64,000 nt of DNA, from contig JANOFO010000010.1 in the NCBI GenBank assembly GCA_031413715.1, positions 302 to 64,301 of the forward strand. The letters run 5' to 3'. Under the pieces are notes generated by a model. The model saw only the letters and a list, made by a program, of their open reading frames with translations, was not told where the DNA came from and did not search any database. Position numbers and translations under genes: made by a program. Position 1 is the stretch's first letter. Each line of letters starts with the position of its first letter. The stretch comes from Minisyncoccota bacterium (GTDB taxonomy: Bacteria > Patescibacteriota > Minisyncoccia > Phycocordibacterales > UBA9973). Below, piece after piece: positions 48,633-57,718 of this stretch.

Positions 48633-50627
48633 TTAGTAATTTGTTGTAGTCGTATGAGCTCCTGTTGGAGTTGTCGTATGAACGACTGAACGATTACTGT
48701 AGTATCTGCGAGTAAGTAGTATGATGAGAAGAATCAAGATAAGGATCAGTAACCAGCCGATAAGGCCAATACCGAGGAACCCTGACCAGAACGCGGATGC
48801 ACCCAGAACGTTGAGATCGCGAGGATTATTCAACACATAGGCAATTGCATTTTCTTGCGCACCATTTGGACTCGTGTAAACCAAGATTGCAGTCGTGACG
48901 ATCTGCGCTGTGCCTGAAGTTATAGCTTCAACACGGCCTTGCAAATACACGACACCTTCTGCCTGAGGAAGTAAATCTTCGAGCGGAACAGTAAGTGTAT
49001 TAGTATCTAGTGAATATGTACCGCGAGAAGCGTTCGTAAGAACGATGCCTCGTGGAATGATCACTTGCAATACCGGACGAGTAAGAGTTGACTTACCGAT
49101 ATTCTTGTAAGTAACAGTGTAGTCAACGAAGTCACCAACACCGATATATTGATAACGATTTTCGATTTTTAGCATGATCGGTGACTGTGTACCGATGACA
49201 GTTGTACCCTGGACAATAACCGGTCGAACTACTGTTGTTGCGAGTGTCTGGAAAACCTGAATCTGACCGTATGAGAGGCCGCCTGAACATTGAGAAACAA
49301 GGCGGAAATAGTAAGGAAGTCCAGGAACAAGTCCACTGATCACTTCACTAAAAGCACCGTTACCAACACGAGATATTGTCTGTGAGCCAAGGTTTACTGT
49401 TGTTCCATACTGGAAGTATGAAGTACTTACATTGCCTGTAATAAGACCATTGAGTGTAGCTGTAGTCTGAGTTACATTTGTCGCAACGGTTGTAACCGCA
49501 CAGTTGTTGATGACCGGTGGCTGAATGATAATAGGATTTACATTCACGTATACAGTCTGAGATGGAGCTGATCCATTCTGACCATATGCAGTGAGCACGT
49601 AGTTGCTGTTGTTTGTGGGATAGACAGTTGCGCTGCCGCTTATATTATTGCTGATAGTTCCATTAGGACCAGATAGAGTTGCTGATGTACAGTTGTATGT
49701 ATTCCAGACAAGATTTACTGGATTACCAGACTGTACTGTAGTAGTTGTCGAACCATTACCTGTGAAGTTTGAAATTGTACAATAATTTTGCTGAACATTG
49801 TTTACATTCACATATACGCTCTGTGTTTGTGTACTACAATTATTACCGCCACTTGCGGTAAGATTGTATGAACCCGAGTATGTCGGGTATACCGTTGCGC
49901 TGCCGCTTGTGTTTGAACTTGAGAAGTTTGGACCTGAAATATTAACTGATGTATAACCAGTTGTATTCCAAACCAAATTTACAGAATTACCTGATTGAAT
50001 AGTTGTACTCTGTGAGCCGTTGGCAGTGAAGTTTGAGATTGAACAGTTGCCACCACCTCCCGTATTACCAACTTGAAAGCTGACAACAACAGAACCTTGG
50101 CTATTCCAACCTGGAGCAATTGCACCGATAGAAAGACCGCCACTTTTAATCTCAGAACCATTTTGTCCATTTAGGAATGACGCTTGTGATTGAGTCTGAT
50201 TCGGATACCAACGAGTCGATCCAAAGGTAAGTGTCTGAGAACTTGGAAGATTCACTGTGACCGTGCCTGAGGAAATACTCCCTTGATCAGAAGTAACCTG
50301 TGCAGAGAATGAATGTGATGTAGACGAACCACTCGGTGTATTTAATATGACTCGAGTATTGTTTGCAGTCTGCGGAGAACCGTTTAGATCACTTGAGTTA
50401 TGATAATAAATGCGAACGTTAATTGTTTCTCCCGGATTCGCACTGACGGAAGAGAGAGGCCAACATGGATTGTTGAGTCCTGTGTTAGTCGTAAAATTAG
50501 CGACCGCGAGTGTAGGACAGTCATTAGATGCTCCGTTCCAAAGTTCCGTAGCGAAAACACTCTGACTCCCCAAAAGGAAAACAAGAGCAAAAGATGCGAC
50601 TATTAGTTTTTTTATATATTTTTTCAT
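48633..50627 (-). CDS. Secreted Ig-like repeat/DUF11 surface protein with C-terminal membrane anchor
   Basis: Signal peptide, two C.ISNFT.NGS...VNLVWNT...SGSATVYPT repeats, FN3-like and DUF11-like domains, TM anchor. Confidence 0.8.
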   Translation of the reverse strand: MKKYIKKLIVASFALVFLLGSQSVFATELWNGASNDCPTLAVANFTTNTGLNNPCWPLSSVSANPGETINVRIYYHNSSDLNGSPQTANNTRVILNTPSGSSTSHSFSAQVTSDQGSISSGTVTVNLPSSQTLTFGSTRWYPNQTQSQASFLNGQNGSEIKSGGLSIGAIAPGWNSQGSVVVSFQVGNTGGGGNCSISNFTANGSQSTTIQSGNSVNLVWNTTGYTSVNISGPNFSSSNTSGSATVYPTYSGSYNLTASGGNNCSTQTQSVYVNVNNVQQNYCTISNFTGNGSTTTTVQSGNPVNLVWNTYNCTSATLSGPNGTISNNISGSATVYPTNNSNYVLTAYGQNGSAPSQTVYVNVNPIIIQPPVINNCAVTTVATNVTQTTATLNGLITGNVSTSYFQYGTTVNLGSQTISRVGNGAFSEVISGLVPGLPYYFRLVSQCSGGLSYGQIQVFQTLATTVVRPVIVQGTTVIGTQSPIMLKIENRYQYIGVGDFVDYTVTYKNIGKSTLTRPVLQVIIPRGIVLTNASRGTYSLDTNTLTVPLEDLLPQAEGVVYLQGRVEAITSGTAQIVTTAILVYTSPNGAQENAIAYVLNNPRDLNVLGASAFWSGFLGIGLIGWLLILILILLIILLTRRYYSNRSVVHTTTPTGAHTTTTNY

Positions 50628-50761
50628 ATATTTGCTATTAATTATAATTTACAATTTTAAACCTTCAACGCGTTCGACAGCGTTCAAGACTTAAAAAAGC
50701 ATTGGATCGATCATATGTTAGTACAATTGATCCAATGAAATGTTTTTAGCACAAGAAAGGA

Positions 50762-51721
50762 TTAATGGCCGGGAACCCAAACAGGTTGCCCATTGACCAC
50801 TCCCCAGTGACCTGGTGCGCCGACAGGGCCGCCAGTATTATGTGGGGGGGACCAAACAGGACCTCCTTGTCGTGGCCAAGGTTGAGGTTGATTTCTTCCT
50901 CCAAACGTAACTCCGGCAATAACAAGGGTGAAGTTCGTTTCCTTTTTTACCTTTACAGTTGGTGCGGGATTAGGATTATTGGAGTAAGTGAGAGGTGGAT
51001 TCATACCCAGAGGTGGTAAGGGTCTTTGTTCCTCTTTTTCTTCCTCTATAACAACCTTTTTTTCAGTTAAAACTTTTTCAATAACTGTTGTTGTATCCAC
51101 AACATTTTTACATGTTGTGGAGATCGTTCCGATTAATTCGGAATAATCCGGTTTGGTTGAGTTATTTTTTTCATCCACAAACTTGTGGATGATGAGTTTT
51201 AACCTGTTTTCACACAACAGGCGTGGAGCTATAACAGGAGGAGCAACATAAGGGGTGTAGTTTTTCGGATCTTCAGGATTTCCGCACGCAATCTTTGCGT
51301 AGATATCCTCAACATCTTCGTACCGCAATCCCACCCAATCACTACGCAGTCCAAGCGAACTTGTATAAACAAGTTTGTTTTGACTTCTCCCACCATTATA
51401 GTAGTTTTGACCATCATAAAATGATTGATCATAAACCGTAGAATGGTTGAGGAGCCATGTCATACTCCGTAGATCAGCTCGTAAAACGAGCTGCCTGACT
51501 TGTGGTAGTTTTGAGGTCTGCAAAATCTGGTTACCCAGCTTTGCATACTCTGGCCATAACTCGTTCCTTATAAAAGGATCTTTGGCATCCAAAATGATTT
51601 TCTGGAAGCCTTCCATTGTACGGTTAGGGTCATAACCCAGACAGGGGCTGATTTTTTGTGCTGTTGATTTTGATATGCCCAACAAAATGAGGGCAGAGAT
51701 CAAGAATGTAATGTACTTCAC
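50762..51721 (-). CDS. Hypothetical secreted protein with Pro/Gly-rich tail
   Basis: Signal peptide, ACGNP motif, GGPV..P repeats at the C-terminus. Confidence 0.65.
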   Translation of the reverse strand: MKYITFLISALILLGISKSTAQKISPCLGYDPNRTMEGFQKIILDAKDPFIRNELWPEYAKLGNQILQTSKLPQVRQLVLRADLRSMTWLLNHSTVYDQSFYDGQNYYNGGRSQNKLVYTSSLGLRSDWVGLRYEDVEDIYAKIACGNPEDPKNYTPYVAPPVIAPRLLCENRLKLIIHKFVDEKNNSTKPDYSELIGTISTTCKNVVDTTTVIEKVLTEKKVVIEEEKEEQRPLPPLGMNPPLTYSNNPNPAPTVKVKKETNFTLVIAGVTFGGRNQPQPWPRQGGPVWSPPHNTGGPVGAPGHWGVVNGQPVWVPGH

Positions 51722-51892
51722 GATTGTTGGGTTTAAGTTAATTAATGATGTTATATCTCAACCCCAAAAAAGAGATGTAGATATCACACCATTAACTAAA
51801 CTATAGAAAACCCATTTGTCTGTATCATATCATATTCTGCAACAAATGTCAAGGACCTAGAGCTAGGGGTTATAAGCTATAATGAGTCGAGT

Positions 51893-53590
51893 ATGACCAT
51901 CCAATTTGACGATGAAAAAGAGGAGAAAGAGCTATCTGACCTACGAAAACAGGAAGAGGAAGATCTTGTACAAGCTCTCGCGGAATCAAAATATGGAGTT
52001 CCCGCAATAAATCTAAGCGCAATGCCAATCGACAACGATGCACTGCGCTCTATCGAAGAGAAAGAAGCCATCGCGCTTGAAATCGCACCATTTAAGATAC
52101 TCGGGCGTGATATTCACATCGCAGTTCGTGCGCCTCACAAGGAAAAACTAGAAAGCTTGACCCAGTACTTCACCGCGCACGGGTATATTCCGCATTTTTA
52201 TATGGCATCGCTCGGAAGCCTCAATAAAGCATGGGAGAGATACAAGGAAATATCATATGCCTCAGAATCAAAAGCAGGATCTATCGCTATCTCAGGTGAT
52301 GCGCTCAAGAAAATCATGGCTGGTATCAAAAATATAGATGATATCAAGAGTGCTATCGTCGAGACAGAAAAAGATAAATCTCATATGACATCTCACATAC
52401 TCGAGATTGCCCTTGCGGGTGCTATTGCTATAAACGCATCTGATTTGCATTTCGAACCAGAAGAAAAAACAGTGCGGTTACGTTTCCGTCTAGATGGAGT
52501 ACTCCACACTGTGATGGAAATACCGCCAGAAATACATAGATTCATAAATTCAAGAATCAAACTTTTGGCCGGACTTAAAATTACCGCTTCGTCCATAGCT
52601 CAAGACGGGCGCTTTAGCATTTTCCTCGATGAAGACGAGATCAGTCTCCGTGTCTCGCTCATCCCCGGAGCATATGGGGAATCGATAGTTATGCGTATCT
52701 TGAATCCTAAATCTATCCAAGTAAAACTTGAAGATATGGGGATAGAAACCAAGCTCTATGAAGTCTTTATGCGAGAAATAAAGAAACCGAACGGTATGAT
52801 TCTCCTTACCGGTCCGACTGGTTCGGGTAAGACGACGACGCTTTATTCCTTCCTCCAAAAGATTTATTCAACCGAGATTAAAATAATAACGATCGAGGAT
52901 CCGATCGAATATCACTTAGCAGGCATCACTCAAACTCAAACTGATTCCGAAAAAGGCTATACATTCCTAGAAGGTCTTCGCTCTGCGCTTCGTCAGGACC
53001 CAGATGTGATCATGGTCGGAGAAATTCGCGACAGTGAAACTGCGAAAATCGCAGTCGAGTCCGCGCTTACTGGCCACTTGGTGTTCTCTACTCTTCATAC
53101 AAACAACGCCGCCGGAGTTATCCCCCGCTTGATAGACCTTGAAGTAAATCCAAAAATATTAGTTTCGGCGCTTTCGCTTTCTATAGCCCAGCGTCTGGTT
53201 CGCAAGCTATGCAGTGTCTGCAAGAAAGAAGAAGCTCCTTCAGAAGAAGAGGTGAAGATAACAAGAAAAGTGAGCGATAATGCCAAGGTTCACAACAAAG
53301 ACTTCAATAATTACGGAGTAGATATGAGCTCTCTAAAGATATATAAAGCCGTCGGCTGCGGAGAATGCAACAATACCGGCTACAATGGCCGTATTGGAGT
53401 ATTTGAAGCAATTCACAATGATGCTCAGATAGAAAAAATGATTCCAAACAACCCAAGTGAACGCGAAATCAAAGAAGCAGCTCAAAATCAAGGCACTCTC
53501 GATATGAAAGAGGATGGCATAGTAAAGATTCTCAAAGGCATAACTTCTTATGAAGAAGTCGGATCTGTTGTAGACTTTTACGAAGAGTAA
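51893..53590 (+). CDS. pilB: GspE/PilB family secretion ATPase
   Basis: ASDLHFEP, QDGR, GPTGSGKTT, LRQDPDVIMVGEIRD, STLHTN, tetra-Cys motif. Confidence 0.93.
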   Translation: MTIQFDDEKEEKELSDLRKQEEEDLVQALAESKYGVPAINLSAMPIDNDALRSIEEKEAIALEIAPFKILGRDIHIAVRAPHKEKLESLTQYFTAHGYIPHFYMASLGSLNKAWERYKEISYASESKAGSIAISGDALKKIMAGIKNIDDIKSAIVETEKDKSHMTSHILEIALAGAIAINASDLHFEPEEKTVRLRFRLDGVLHTVMEIPPEIHRFINSRIKLLAGLKITASSIAQDGRFSIFLDEDEISLRVSLIPGAYGESIVMRILNPKSIQVKLEDMGIETKLYEVFMREIKKPNGMILLTGPTGSGKTTTLYSFLQKIYSTEIKIITIEDPIEYHLAGITQTQTDSEKGYTFLEGLRSALRQDPDVIMVGEIRDSETAKIAVESALTGHLVFSTLHTNNAAGVIPRLIDLEVNPKILVSALSLSIAQRLVRKLCSVCKKEEAPSEEEVKITRKVSDNAKVHNKDFNNYGVDMSSLKIYKAVGCGECNNTGYNGRIGVFEAIHNDAQIEKMIPNNPSEREIKEAAQNQGTLDMKEDGIVKILKGITSYEEVGSVVDFYEE

Positions 53591-53621
53591 CAAAACACCC
53601 GATTAATCGGGTGTTTTGTTA
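53588..53621. terminator. Palindromic terminator after pilB
   Basis: taacaaaacacccgatt|aatcgggtgttttgtta. Confidence 0.75.
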
Positions 53622-53864
53622 TGGAAGAAAAAATAAATCTCTAAACAATCTTTTGAGGGCATGCGCCCCCAAAATAACGTATGATTAGAGGATAGACCCA
53701 GTAGATATAAATATAACCAGAACGTCCTCCGCACATATATAGAGCACGGGGCCGATTGCTTAGAGATTTATGTCCTCTTCACGAAAATGCTATAATTGAT
53801 GGATAAATCAGAGTAAAAAGACTTGCTAGATTTCTGAGTAAGAGTATAGCATATCAAAAGCCCG

Positions 53865-54866
53865 ATGTCAAGCGAAACTAATAAAGAACCAATAACTAAA
53901 GACGAGGGATTTTTGGACCAAACACTGCGTCCAGGAGCTTGGGATGACTATATAGGACAAGAAAATATCAAGGCTAACCTTAAAATTTTGCTTACTGCTG
54001 CAGAGGAGCGCTCTCATCCAGCCGAGCACATCCTTTTCTACGGACCTCCAGGCTTGGGCAAGACAACGCTCGCTCATCTGATAGCTAAAGAGACGCGCAG
54101 GCAGATCAAGATCACTTCTGGCCCAGCTATTGAGAAGGTGGGTGACCTAGCATCTATATTAACCAATCTCTCCTCGGGGGACATTATATTCATAGACGAG
54201 ATACATAGGCTGAACAAGATGGTGGAAGAAGTCCTCTATCCTGCTATGGAGTCAGGCATGCTCGATATCATAATCGGCAAAGGCCCATCAGCTCGAACAA
54301 TTCAGCTTGAGCTACCGCCATTTACTCTTATTGCTGCAACAACACGCATTGCACTTCTCTCTGCTCCCCTTCGCTCGCGTTTCTCGGGCGGGACATTTAG
54401 ATTGGAATTTTATACAGATGAAGAAATCAAAAAGATCTTGGCTCGCTCCGCAAAAATCTTGGGTATTGAAATATCGGGCGAAGCATTCGACGAGATCGCC
54501 AAGCGAGCCCGCTTCACACCGCGTACTGCAAACTACCTCCTAAAGCGTTGTCGTGATTACGCTCAAGTCCACAAGATACCTATGTCTAAAGATGCTGTAA
54601 AGAAAGCCTTGGCTCTACTTGAAATAGATGAGCTTGGCTTGTCTGCTTCTGATAGAAGAATATTGGAAATAGTAATCAGTAAATTTAATGGTGGACCGGT
54701 AGGACTTAAAACGATAGCAGCCGCAACATCAGAAGAAGAAGGAACGATAGAAGAAGTCATCGAGCCATACTTGATCCAACTCGGACTCCTCGAGCGCACA
54801 ACCCGCGGACGCACTGTCACCAAGAAAGGGTATGAACATTTAGGATTTGATTATAAAGAAAAATAA
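53865..54866 (+). CDS. ruvB: Holliday junction helicase RuvB
   Basis: LRP, GPPGLGKTT, FIDEIHRL and GGPVGL motifs. Confidence 0.97.
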   Translation: MSSETNKEPITKDEGFLDQTLRPGAWDDYIGQENIKANLKILLTAAEERSHPAEHILFYGPPGLGKTTLAHLIAKETRRQIKITSGPAIEKVGDLASILTNLSSGDIIFIDEIHRLNKMVEEVLYPAMESGMLDIIIGKGPSARTIQLELPPFTLIAATTRIALLSAPLRSRFSGGTFRLEFYTDEEIKKILARSAKILGIEISGEAFDEIAKRARFTPRTANYLLKRCRDYAQVHKIPMSKDAVKKALALLEIDELGLSASDRRILEIVISKFNGGPVGLKTIAAATSEEEGTIEEVIEPYLIQLGLLERTTRGRTVTKKGYEHLGFDYKEK

Positions 54867-54921
54867 CCCTTTGCCTCAGCTTGGGGTTATTATTTTAATA
54901 TCTTTCTTATTAAATTAAAGG

Positions 54922-55416
54922 TTAAAAAATTGGAGCCGGTTGAGGTATGATAATGAGTGTTTTTTCCTTTTTAACAACCTCAAAGATGTCGTCAATGTTA
55001 CTGTATCCTATATAACTTGAATCAACTATCCAGTCATCCCCCTCTCCACTCCAAAACAGTTCGCAAATTAATTTATGACCTTCCTCGTTTTTTAAAAAAA
55101 AGAAATAAGTATTTTCTGAAGTAATAATTTTGGGGCCTACTTCAAAAATATCGCTGATCTGTTTTATATTTTGCCAGAAAATCTTTTTCCGGTCATCAAC
55201 TATTAATGATACTCCGATTAATGTCTGTGAAAGATTGATATCTCTCTTTAACAATTGTTGGAAATGAAAAACATCAACCGGAATTACTTCTTTATCGAAT
55301 TTAAATTCTTCGAGTTCAGTACTTAAACTAACAATTTTTTCTTTTCCTTTGTTTTCTTTGTTATATTTAAGATTACTTGAAGCAACCTTAAAATAACTTT
55401 CATAATTTTTTTTCAT
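54922..55416 (-). CDS. Hypothetical protein (AT-rich)
   Basis: 164-aa ORF with its own TTGACA promoter. Confidence 0.55.
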   Translation of the reverse strand: MKKNYESYFKVASSNLKYNKENKGKEKIVSLSTELEEFKFDKEVIPVDVFHFQQLLKRDINLSQTLIGVSLIVDDRKKIFWQNIKQISDIFEVGPKIITSENTYFFFLKNEEGHKLICELFWSGEGDDWIVDSSYIGYSNIDDIFEVVKKEKTLIIIPQPAPIF

Positions 55417-55648
55417 ATATTTAGTTTAGTGGGTTTATCTAAAGCCTCAAAACAAGGACTTAAATAAACTAACTAAACTAAATAGATACGTGGTTATTTT
55501 TATTGTTTATAACATAAAAAACCGACTTTTGTCAAGATCAACTATACTTTGGCTTTTTTATACCGCTATTGGTGGAAAATTGTGTTTTCTCAATATTAAT
55601 GAGATTTTTTATTGCAAACTACTGTCATTAAACGTAAAATCTACCTAT

Positions 55649-56194
55649 ATGAAAATACTAGCCATAGATCCGGGGTTTGAGCGAGTAGGAATCGCCGTCA
55701 TAGAACATATTGAGAAGCAAAAGGATGTTTTGCTTTATTCAGATTGCTTTAAAACCAAGAAAGAATTTCGCTTCCACGAACGTCTATCTCAAGTAGGCAA
55801 GGAGATTGAGAAGATAATCAAAAAATACAAGCCTGAAGTTATGGCGATTGAGAAGCTTTATTTTACTACCAATGCAAAGACAGTTATGAATGTCGCTGAA
55901 GCTCGGGGAGTAATTGTTTACTCTGGATCGAGGAATGGCCTAGAAATATGCGAATATACTCCCCCTGAGATAAAGGTAGCAGTTACAGGATACGGAAAAG
56001 CTAGCAAGGACATGGTTATCCGTATGGTTCCTAAGCTTATAAATATGAAGACAAATATAAGCCGTGCTTCAAAGGACGTTGCACGGCATGATTTCGCTAA
56101 ATCAGACGATGAATTAGACGCAATAGCAGTAGGTCTTACTTGCTTGGCCCAAGAGAGGTTTTCCACAGGGGGTAAGGTATTGCAAAGGAAATAG
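55649..56194 (+). CDS. ruvC: Holliday junction resolvase RuvC
   Basis: MKILAIDPG, AIE.L.F, EARG, VTGYGKA.K and DDELDAIA motifs. Confidence 0.95.
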   Translation: MKILAIDPGFERVGIAVIEHIEKQKDVLLYSDCFKTKKEFRFHERLSQVGKEIEKIIKKYKPEVMAIEKLYFTTNAKTVMNVAEARGVIVYSGSRNGLEICEYTPPEIKVAVTGYGKASKDMVIRMVPKLINMKTNISRASKDVARHDFAKSDDELDAIAVGLTCLAQERFSTGGKVLQRK

Positions 56195-56248
56195 TATTTT
56201 GTTACAAATAGTGCATTACAATGTTTGTGAAAAAATAATTAATTTAAC

Positions 56249-56413
56249 ATGAGTTATAACGATGACGAAGAATTAAAAATAGGAGAAATTGCAGAAGAAG
56301 ATGATGATCTAGGCATAGGTCCTGATGCTGATGGACCGATTGATGACGATATATTAGGCAATGATGACGATCTTATAGAAGGCTTCGCTGATATAGATGG
56401 ATCATCTTACTAA
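56249..56413 (+). CDS. Very acidic 54-aa protein (not in ORF track)
   Basis: MSYNDDEELKIGEIAEEDDDLGIGPDADGPIDDDILGNDDDLIEGFADIDGSSY, followed by a terminator hairpin. Confidence 0.7.
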   Translation: MSYNDDEELKIGEIAEEDDDLGIGPDADGPIDDDILGNDDDLIEGFADIDGSSY

Positions 56414-56459
56414 AAACGAAAACAAACTAAAACCCCGCACTGTGCGGGGTTTTAGTTTT

Positions 56460-57650
56460 CTAGTTAATTATCTTGCAGAATCTTTTTTTGCCGATGCGAT
56501 AGACGCCTGTCTTTGCTTTGACATTATGATCTGCTATTTTTTCATTACTATCGAGATTCGTAATCGCGTGTTCGTCTACAAGGCGACGAAATTCGCTCTT
56601 TGAAGAAACAAGTTCGTGCCTAAGAAATACATCTACTAAGAAAGTATCTTTTTCTGCTTTTATCTCCGGAAGATTGAAAGGGATTTCACTCTTTTGAAAT
56701 ATTTTTGTGAAATTTGCTTCAGCATCTTTTGCTTTCTTTTTTCCATGATAGATAGTTGTAATATCGCGAGCTAGTCTCATCTTCAAATTTTTTGGATTTA
56801 CCCCTTCTGCCATTTCTTTAGCTATATTTTCAAGTTCCATTATAGAGACATCCGTGCAAAGTTCGAATGCAGGGATGATAAGTCCATCGGTCCAGCTCAT
56901 AATCTTGCCATACATGTCGGTGGCACTATCCGACAGTGTAACCATATTACCTTCGGTTTTTCCCATTTTCTTGCCGCTACTATCTTCTAGTAATTTTACG
57001 GTCATTACAAACTTTTCTTTATTTTTGAGAGTCTTCATAAGGTCACGGCCGACTAGCATGTTGAATGTCTGGTCATTGCCACCAATCTCACCATCAACAT
57101 CCATAGCTACACTGTCATAGCCTTGCATGAGTGGATACATGAATTCGTGTATTAAGATAGGTTTGCCTTCTTCGTTACGTTTCTTGAACATGTCGCGCTC
57201 AAGCATTTGACTAACAGTCATATTAGAACCAAGAGAGAGTACCTCTGCAAAATTCATTTTGCCAAGCCATTTGGAGTTGAATTTAAATTGCGCGGCATTT
57301 TTTCCAGAAAACGATATTATGTGGCTTGCTTGCTTTTTATAAGTCTTTAAATTAGAAAGGACCTCTTTATGAGTTAATTGCTTGCGGGTTGCTGATTTAT
57401 CAGTTGGATCCCCGATCATCGCAGTGAAATCTCCCATAAGAAGAATAACCTTATGTCCCAGTTTTTGAAATTCCCCTAGTTTTTTAAGAGGTATAGCATG
57501 CCCCAAGTGCAATGTAGGACCAGTAGGATCAATACCTAAATAGATAGTGAGTTTCTCTCCGCGAGCAATTTTTGAGGTGACAAACTCTTTTGAAGGATAT
57601 ATGTTTGATATTCCTCGAGTAAGCAATTCATCATCTTTGTCATCAGTCAT
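56460..57650 (-). CDS. tyrS: Tyrosine--tRNA ligase
   Basis: GIDPT..LHLGH, YPLMQGYD, GGNDQ, KMGKT, S4-like tail. Confidence 0.97.
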   Translation of the reverse strand: MTDDKDDELLTRGISNIYPSKEFVTSKIARGEKLTIYLGIDPTGPTLHLGHAIPLKKLGEFQKLGHKVILLMGDFTAMIGDPTDKSATRKQLTHKEVLSNLKTYKKQASHIISFSGKNAAQFKFNSKWLGKMNFAEVLSLGSNMTVSQMLERDMFKKRNEEGKPILIHEFMYPLMQGYDSVAMDVDGEIGGNDQTFNMLVGRDLMKTLKNKEKFVMTVKLLEDSSGKKMGKTEGNMVTLSDSATDMYGKIMSWTDGLIIPAFELCTDVSIMELENIAKEMAEGVNPKNLKMRLARDITTIYHGKKKAKDAEANFTKIFQKSEIPFNLPEIKAEKDTFLVDVFLRHELVSSKSEFRRLVDEHAITNLDSNEKIADHNVKAKTGVYRIGKKRFCKIIN

Positions 57651-57718
57651 GTGCCTATTTTACCATATAAATAAGGCTTTGTCCGTAGTCTTTGTCGGGT
57701 ATGATATGATAGTAAGAC

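Noticed and set aside
53588-53621. Second perfect 34-bp palindrome
   Set aside because: It overlaps the pilB stop and has A/T tails, so a terminator explains it.
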